From an uncultured delta proteobacterium (GTDB taxonomy: Bacteria; Desulfobacterota; Binatia; UBA9968), in the NCBI GenBank assembly GCA_963771465.1, contig CAVYTU010000017.1:672001-736000 (forward strand): a DNA stretch of 64,000 nt, in the 5' to 3' direction. Position numbers and translations under genes: made by a program. Shown piece after piece: positions 58,250 through 64,000 of the stretch. Below the pieces are notes generated by a model. It saw only the letters and a program-made list of their open reading frames with translations. It ran no database searches and was not told where the DNA came from. Numbering within the stretch: position 1 is the first letter of the stretch; the number at the start of each line of letters is the position of its first letter.

Positions 58250-59424
58250 AAATTCTCCTCCAGCGCCTTGATGCCGGGAAGCTCTCTGCCTTCGAGAAAC
58301 TCGAGTGTCGCGCCGCCGCCGGTGGAGAGATGGGTGATTTTATCCTCCACACCCGAGGCCGTGACCGCAGCAACCGTGTCGCCGCCGGCAATGACACTGA
58401 CGACCCGCGGATAGTTTTCGGCGAGCGTATTAGCGAGCAGGCGGCTGCCCTGATCGAATGGCGCGACTTCAAACAAACCGACGGGGCCGTTCCAGAGCAC
58501 CAATTTCACCTTACGAATTTCAGCAGCGAACTGCGCCGCCGTTTTCGGGCCGATATCGAGACCGATTCGGTCGGGAGGAATCGACCCTTCACTAGCAGCG
58601 GGATTTTTTTTCTCGATGTCTCCGGTTGTATGGTCGATGGGCAAGATGAGACCTACGTTATGTGCCGCCGCTTCGTTCATCAATTCCGTCGCCAGTTCGA
58701 GTTTATCTAGCTCGACTAACGATTTGCCGATTTCAATTCCCTTGGCCTTAAGAAACGTGTAGGCCATGCCACCGCCGATCAGGAGTGTGCTCACTTTGGG
58801 CAATAGGTTTCTAATCACACCGATCTTGTCGGACACTTTAGCGCCACCTAAAATCGTTATAAAAGGTTTTTCCGGGTTAGCGAGGATCGGCGACAAGTAA
58901 TCCAACTCTTTTTGCAGCAAAAGCCCAGAGCCTTTGATCTTGAAAAATTCTGCCATGCCTGAGATCGAAGCGTGGGCGCGATGCGCCGCGCCGAAGGCGT
59001 CATTGATGTAGACATCGGCCAGTTTAGCCAGTGCTTGGGCAAAGCCGCGATCGTTCTTTTCTTCTTCGATGTGAAAGCGCAGGTTCTCGAGCAAAATAAT
59101 TTGGTGCGCCGGATCGTTAATGATTCGCTCCACCTCGCCGCCGATGCAATCCGGCGCCAAAACGACCAGTCGATTGAGCGCGCGCGCCAAGTAGTCGGCC
59201 ACCGGAGCGAGGCTATATTTCGCTTGAACCTTGCCGTCGGGACGGCCGAGGTGGGAAGCGATCAACAATTTATTCGCGCGTTGTAGGATATCCCGGATCG
59301 TCGGCAGCGCGCTGTCGATGCGATGCGGCTCGGTGATCTTGCCCTGGTCGATCGGCACGTTGAAGTCGACGCGCAGGAAAACAGTTTTGTTACGCAGGTC
59401 CAATTCAGCGAGTTTTTTAATCAT
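58246..59424 (-). CDS. pgk: Phosphoglycerate kinase
   Basis: RVDFNVP, SHLGRP, LENLRF, GGAKVSDK, STGGGA. Confidence 0.97.
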   Translation of the reverse strand: MIKKLAELDLRNKTVFLRVDFNVPIDQGKITEPHRIDSALPTIRDILQRANKLLIASHLGRPDGKVQAKYSLAPVADYLARALNRLVVLAPDCIGGEVERIINDPAHQIILLENLRFHIEEEKNDRGFAQALAKLADVYINDAFGAAHRAHASISGMAEFFKIKGSGLLLQKELDYLSPILANPEKPFITILGGAKVSDKIGVIRNLLPKVSTLLIGGGMAYTFLKAKGIEIGKSLVELDKLELATELMNEAAAHNVGLILPIDHTTGDIEKKNPAASEGSIPPDRIGLDIGPKTAAQFAAEIRKVKLVLWNGPVGLFEVAPFDQGSRLLANTLAENYPRVVSVIAGGDTVAAVTASGVEDKITHLSTGGGATLEFLEGRELPGIKALEENL

Positions 59425-59523
59425 AAGAATTTCCGACTCCGCTGTGGTCGACAAAATGGATTTCTTAATTGACTAATTACAAGGCTTGTAATATTTTTTC
59501 AATTAGCCACATTGTAATCATCA

Positions 59524-60264
59524 ATGACTTCCATTTGGTTTCTTCAATTACTGTTACAAGACGGAGTTTCGGTCGCTCAATCCCATGGCATCCTGGATTT
59601 GGTTCGGGGCTCCGGCTTGGTCGTCCAAGCAATTCTCTATCTGCTGGTGCTGTTTTCCGTGGTCAGTTGGGGAATTATCGCGCAGAAGTTTCGTCAGGTT
59701 CGGCGCTCCAAGCGCGAGTCGGAAAAGTTTATCGAAATATTTTGGGAGCGGCGTAATCTTTCGGCGATTCACGACGCAAGCCGTGAACTTTCCGCCAGTC
59801 CCGTCGGTCAAGTGTTTCGTTCCGGCTACGAAGAATTGGTTCGGGTCTCGCGATCCAAGAAGGAATCGGCGTTGGGCGATAATCTGACCACCGAGTTGGG
59901 CGGCATCGATAATGTTTCGCGCGCCATGACGCGAGCGACCAGTGTCGAGATTACCAAATTGGAAAAGCATTGTTCCTTTCTCGCGACAACCGCGAGCTCC
60001 GCGCCGTTTATCGGTCTGTTCGGCACGGTGTGGGGCATCATGAACGCGTTTCGCGGACTGGCTATGACACACTCTTCGAGTATTCAGGCAGTCGCGCCGG
60101 GTATTGCCGAAGCGTTGATCGCCACAGCGGTCGGTCTGGGTGCGGCGATCCCGGCGCTGATGGCTTACAATTTTTTCGTCCAGCAGATCAAAGTCCTGGC
60201 GGTTGAGATGGATAATTTCTCCCATGAATTTCTTAACATCGCCGAGCGTCACTTCTTTAAGTAA
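59524..60264 (+). CDS. tolQ: Tol-Pal protein TolQ
   Basis: APFIGLFGTVWGIM, VAPGIAEALIATA. Confidence 0.93.
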   Translation: MTSIWFLQLLLQDGVSVAQSHGILDLVRGSGLVVQAILYLLVLFSVVSWGIIAQKFRQVRRSKRESEKFIEIFWERRNLSAIHDASRELSASPVGQVFRSGYEELVRVSRSKKESALGDNLTTELGGIDNVSRAMTRATSVEITKLEKHCSFLATTASSAPFIGLFGTVWGIMNAFRGLAMTHSSSIQAVAPGIAEALIATAVGLGAAIPALMAYNFFVQQIKVLAVEMDNFSHEFLNIAERHFFK

Positions 60265-60420
60265 TCAAAATAACGGGTATAATTGATCTCGATGCATGGG
60301 GATCGAAGCGACCGGGAGGACCGGTTGGGAATCACGGCGCAGTCACACTTCAGCCGGCCGCTGAGTGGTCCACCATTAAGTAAGATATGATAGAATCGAA
60401 TTCTAAATAGAGAGATTACT

Positions 60421-60843
60421 ATGGCCATGGATTCGTCGTCCCAGCGTAATGGGGCAGCCATCGCACAGATTAACGTGACGCCGCTCGTCGACGTTATGTT
60501 GGTGCTGCTCGTCATCTTCATGGTCACCGCACCCATCATTCAACAAGGCGTACAGGTGAATTTGCCCCAAGGCAAAGCCAGCGCGATACCTGGAACCCAG
60601 GAGCAGTTGGTCGTGACAGTGGATAAGAATGGCAAGACCTATCTTAACGACAATGCCATGTCGCTCGGCGAGCTTGGGGTAAAGCTTCGTGCCATCAACA
60701 AACTGCAAGCCGACAAACAAGTCTATCTGCGAGCGGACCAGGACGTGCGTTATGGTGTAGTCATGAAGACGATCGCAGCGATCAAAGAAGCCGGCATCGA
60801 AAAAGTCGGGATGGTGACCCGGCCGGCTTCCGAGGGAGGATAG
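60421..60843 (+). CDS. tolR: Tol-Pal protein TolR
   Basis: INVTPLVDVMLVLLVIFMVTAP; LRAD..V.YG. Confidence 0.93.
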   Translation: MAMDSSSQRNGAAIAQINVTPLVDVMLVLLVIFMVTAPIIQQGVQVNLPQGKASAIPGTQEQLVVTVDKNGKTYLNDNAMSLGELGVKLRAINKLQADKQVYLRADQDVRYGVVMKTIAAIKEAGIEKVGMVTRPASEGG

Positions 60844-60849
60844 CGGACC

Positions 60850-61752
60850 ATGGCTGAAGATGGTTCAGCGCCGACGATCAGCTTGCGGGAACGCACTTTC
60901 CCGGCCATGGGTGCCGAAGACCGCCTGCCCAAGTGGCTGACGCTCTCTTTGCTTGGCCATGGCGCCTTGATCGTATGCATGTTCCTGGTTCCCTTGCTGC
61001 CAAGCACGACTCCGCCAGCGTCGCCGGTTTACACGGTCGACCTCATCGGCGGTGAACGGATCGGCCGTAGTAATCTCGGCACGGAGGTGACCCCGGTCGA
61101 GCGATCGACCGCTACGTCCAAGGAAGAATCTTTTAAATCTGAAATCAAAAAGGAAAAAATCGAAAAAGCCAAGGTAGTCGAGAAAAAAGCGCCGCCGGAG
61201 GAAAAACTCGCGCTCAACGAGAAAAAAACCAAAGAACCGATCAAACCGGCGACAAAAGAACAGAAAAATGAAGAAAAGACTGAGACGGCCTCCGCCGATA
61301 GCGTACGCGAACGGCTGATCCAGTCCGCGGCGGAGCGCGCCAAATCGCGAACCGAAGGCAGCCAGAAAGCATCAAAAGGAACAGCGCTTAGTACTGGCGC
61401 CGGCGAGGGCGATGGGGCTGCTGCTTTGGGACCAGGTGGGCGCGGCGGCCCTGGCATTGTCAAAGGCATGGACTTCGTCATCTATCAGAACCGCATGATG
61501 AGCACGATCAAAGAGAACTGGGCGTGGGTGGGACAGCGCAGCAACCTAGCGGTGGTGGTCCATTTCGCGATTAAAGACAACGGCGAAATTGTCGGACTGA
61601 AAGTGGTGCAGCCTTCGGGTGATCAAAGTTATGACGAGTCGGTACTGCGCGCGCTGAAGAAATCCAGCCCGTTGCCGGCTCCGCCGGATGCCTATCGGAA
61701 GGACTTTGCCGACGTGGAGATAACATTCCGCCCGCGCGATTTAGGAGCGTAA
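60850..61752 (+). CDS. tolA: TolA (TonB-like)
   Basis: TM with S..GH, Lys/Glu-rich helix, C-terminal PSGDQSYDESVLRAL; lies between tolR and tolB. Confidence 0.85.
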   Translation: MAEDGSAPTISLRERTFPAMGAEDRLPKWLTLSLLGHGALIVCMFLVPLLPSTTPPASPVYTVDLIGGERIGRSNLGTEVTPVERSTATSKEESFKSEIKKEKIEKAKVVEKKAPPEEKLALNEKKTKEPIKPATKEQKNEEKTETASADSVRERLIQSAAERAKSRTEGSQKASKGTALSTGAGEGDGAAALGPGGRGGPGIVKGMDFVIYQNRMMSTIKENWAWVGQRSNLAVVVHFAIKDNGEIVGLKVVQPSGDQSYDESVLRALKKSSPLPAPPDAYRKDFADVEITFRPRDLGA

Positions 61753-61756
61753 AATT

Positions 61757-63079
61757 ATGCTGTTGAAGGTCTGGTTAGCGGTATTATTTGTCGCCCTGGG
61801 GCAGTCGAGCTTTGCGCTTGCAGCTTCCGCTGTGACCGGTGAGATTGTCGGTCAAGGCGGACAAAAGTTTCCCATCGCGGTTTCGCCGCTAAAAAATTTA
61901 GCTGCGAACACTGCCGACTCAGCTCGTTTATCCACCGGTATTGCCGATGCCATGGTACATGATCTGGAGCTTTCCGGATGGTTTCGCGTTATCGACCGCA
62001 GCGCTTACATCGAGAGCGCGCAGACCAGCGGCATTACGCTCGGTGCTTTCGATTTCAAAGATTGGTCGACCATCGGCGCGGAAGGGCTAGTGAAGGGCGG
62101 TTTTACGGTCCAGGGCGAAGATATCGCGGTCGAGTTGCGGCTTTTTGACGTGTACCAAAACAAAGAGAGGATCGGCAAGCGCTATACCGGCCGGGTCCGA
62201 GACTTTCGTCGCATCGCGCATAAGTTCGTCGACGAGATCATCAACCAATTCACCGGTATTCCCGGAGTGTTCAACACCAGAATCGCATACGTTTCCAATA
62301 GCGGCGGGCGCTTTAAAGAGATCTACGTGTCGCACTTGGACGGCAGCGAGAAGTTTCAGGTCACCGATAATCACACGATCAATTTGTCACCGTCGTGGAG
62401 CGCCGATGGACGGTCGATTCTTTATTCTTCTTTCAAGGAGCGCAATCAAACGCTCTATCTGTTTGAGTTGTTTAGCGGCAAAGAGGTCAAGTTTTCACCT
62501 CGGGTAGCCGGCAGATATCTCAGCGGAAAATTATCCCCCGACGGTCAATCCGTGGTCGCCACCTTCGAGTCGGGCGGTAACACCAATCTGCACCTCTTGG
62601 ATCGCAGCGGCAATCTTATCCGGCGCCTGACCGAAAATCCCGGCATAGAAGTATCGCCGGCTTGGTCGCCGGACGGTAAGCAGGTTGTGTTTGTCTCGGA
62701 TCGGAGCGGCTCGCCACAGCTCTATATATTGGATGTGCAAAGCGGCAAGTCGCGCCGCCTGTCTTATAGCGGTAGCTACAATACTTCTCCTGAATGGTCG
62801 CCCAAAGGAGATCGCATCGTCTACACGGGAAGGGTGGGAAACCGATTTGCAATCTTTTCCATCGCCGCCGATGGCGGCGAACCACGCAAGCTCACGGCGG
62901 AGTCGTCCGATAGCGAAGATCCGACCTGGTCGCCGGATGGCAGGTTCATCGCGTTTTCCTCGAATCGCGCTGGCCGGTATCACCTTTATGTCATGCAAGC
63001 GAGCGGTGAAAACCAAAGAAGATTGACAGGTTCGGGGGGCGATGATACAAAACCAAGCTGGTCCCCTCGATTAGATTAG
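61757..63079 (+). CDS. tolB: Tol-Pal beta-propeller TolB
   Basis: TRIAYV; repeated SP.WSPDG (PD40) motifs. Confidence 0.94.
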   Translation: MLLKVWLAVLFVALGQSSFALAASAVTGEIVGQGGQKFPIAVSPLKNLAANTADSARLSTGIADAMVHDLELSGWFRVIDRSAYIESAQTSGITLGAFDFKDWSTIGAEGLVKGGFTVQGEDIAVELRLFDVYQNKERIGKRYTGRVRDFRRIAHKFVDEIINQFTGIPGVFNTRIAYVSNSGGRFKEIYVSHLDGSEKFQVTDNHTINLSPSWSADGRSILYSSFKERNQTLYLFELFSGKEVKFSPRVAGRYLSGKLSPDGQSVVATFESGGNTNLHLLDRSGNLIRRLTENPGIEVSPAWSPDGKQVVFVSDRSGSPQLYILDVQSGKSRRLSYSGSYNTSPEWSPKGDRIVYTGRVGNRFAIFSIAADGGEPRKLTAESSDSEDPTWSPDGRFIAFSSNRAGRYHLYVMQASGENQRRLTGSGGDDTKPSWSPRLD

Positions 63080-63140
63080 CTTCCTCTCCAATCCATGTTA
63101 TCGCGCGCAATTTTCAGCTAGACTTGAGGAGGAATTTTTC

Positions 63141-63728
63141 ATGAAAAATTCTCGATTGTTGGGTCGCTTACTTCTCGGGGCGATGATCTTTTTGGCTCAG
63201 TCCTGTGCTCCTGGCACCGGGCCCAAGCCGGTCAGCTCACTGCCGTCCTCCGGTGACGGTTCAAAACCGCCCGGCGATCGTAGCGGCGAAGGGCAGCGCA
63301 ATCCAACCAAGGAAGGGAATACCGACCAGTCAAGTTTGAAACAACTGCAAGAGGGTCAGTCGCCAAAAACACCGGCGTCGAGCCCGCTAAAAGATGTTTT
63401 TTTTGGCTTTGACCGTTACGATTTGAGTGAGGAAGCGCGCAGTATCTTGCGCGGCAATAGCGAGTGGATGAAGACGAATGCCGCGGCACGGGTCGAGATC
63501 GAAGGACACTGCGACGAGCGCGGCACCAATGAATACAATTTGGCCCTAGGCGCCAAACGGGCCCAAGTGGCGCGCGATTATTTAGTGTCCCTTGGAATTG
63601 CCGCCGACCGTTTGTCGACCATCAGTTACGGTGAAGAAATTCCGGTGTGTAAGGAAACCGTCGAAACCTGCTGGTTGCAAAACCGACGTGCCCGTTCGGT
63701 GATTGCATCGGGCAAGCCGGCGTCTTAA
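63141..63728 (+). CDS. pal: Peptidoglycan-associated lipoprotein
   Basis: AQSC lipobox; EGHCDERGTNEYNLALG, TISYGEE, NRRA. Confidence 0.95.
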   Translation: MKNSRLLGRLLLGAMIFLAQSCAPGTGPKPVSSLPSSGDGSKPPGDRSGEGQRNPTKEGNTDQSSLKQLQEGQSPKTPASSPLKDVFFGFDRYDLSEEARSILRGNSEWMKTNAAARVEIEGHCDERGTNEYNLALGAKRAQVARDYLVSLGIAADRLSTISYGEEIPVCKETVETCWLQNRRARSVIASGKPAS

Positions 63729-63753
63729 ATTTTCGGGCAATTAGAGCGTTCAT

Positions 63754-64000
63754 ATGAATGTCAGAACCGTTTATAAATATGCGCTTCTTGTCGGTGCCGG
63801 TTATCTGTCTGCTTGTGTGAATCCGCAACAGGTCGAATTACTGGAGCGCGATCAGCGTCGTTTACGCGGCGATCTGACCACGCTTCAGACCAACATCGAT
63901 GGGGTGCGTAGTAGCCTCGCCGACACCCGCGCCAACATTCAGCAGATGCAGGGCGATTTAAGCGCGATCAAAGAGCGCATTGATGAGACTCGTGTGCAGG
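63754..64000 (+). CDS. cpoB: Probable CpoB (YbgF), 3'-truncated by window edge
   Basis: MNVRTVYKYALLVGAGYLSAC lipobox, then coiled coil; follows pal. Confidence 0.7.
   Translation, partial: MNVRTVYKYALLVGAGYLSACVNPQQVELLERDQRRLRGDLTTLQTNIDGVRSSLADTRANIQQMQGDLSAIKERIDETRVQ

Noticed and set aside
60265-60420. Long tolQ-tolR gap as an ncRNA
   Set aside because: Only short weak stems; may simply hold an internal promoter
1-64000. CRISPR array, rRNA, transposase
   Set aside because: No repeat-spacer periodicity or recognisable motifs found

Overview
GC-rich bacterial chromosomal window. Its gene content (many orphan solute-binding proteins, LLM oxidoreductases, amidohydrolases, Rieske oxygenase, hydantoinase) resembles Binatia/Deltaproteobacteria-like genomes, which is an inference. 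Housekeeping blocks at both ends (gcvT-H-PA-PB; tRNA-Leu/secG/tpiA/pgk; tolQRAB-pal-cpoB) flank an accessory catabolic region. The strongest signal, missed by the ORF track, is two peroxiredoxin/AhpC-like genes (19625-20128 + and 50767-51258 -). Each has an in-frame TGA at the redox Cys position (FYRGxW-U-xxC) followed by a SECIS-like hairpin whose loop starts 16 nt after the UGA, so both are probable selenoproteins. Also present: a MoeB/ThrC-like/ubiquitin-like carrier (-GGR)/CysM/NIL sulfur-relay operon; a tandem beta-barrel plus caspase-like His/Cys protein; a sigma54-type promoter with 10-bp direct repeats before an Xis/BldC-like HTH gene near tRNA-Leu; an unannotated 49-aa Cys/His ORF; several intergenic repeat elements; and seven single-base insertions in five genes that look like sequencing errors. 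All calls come from reading motifs by eye; no searches were run.
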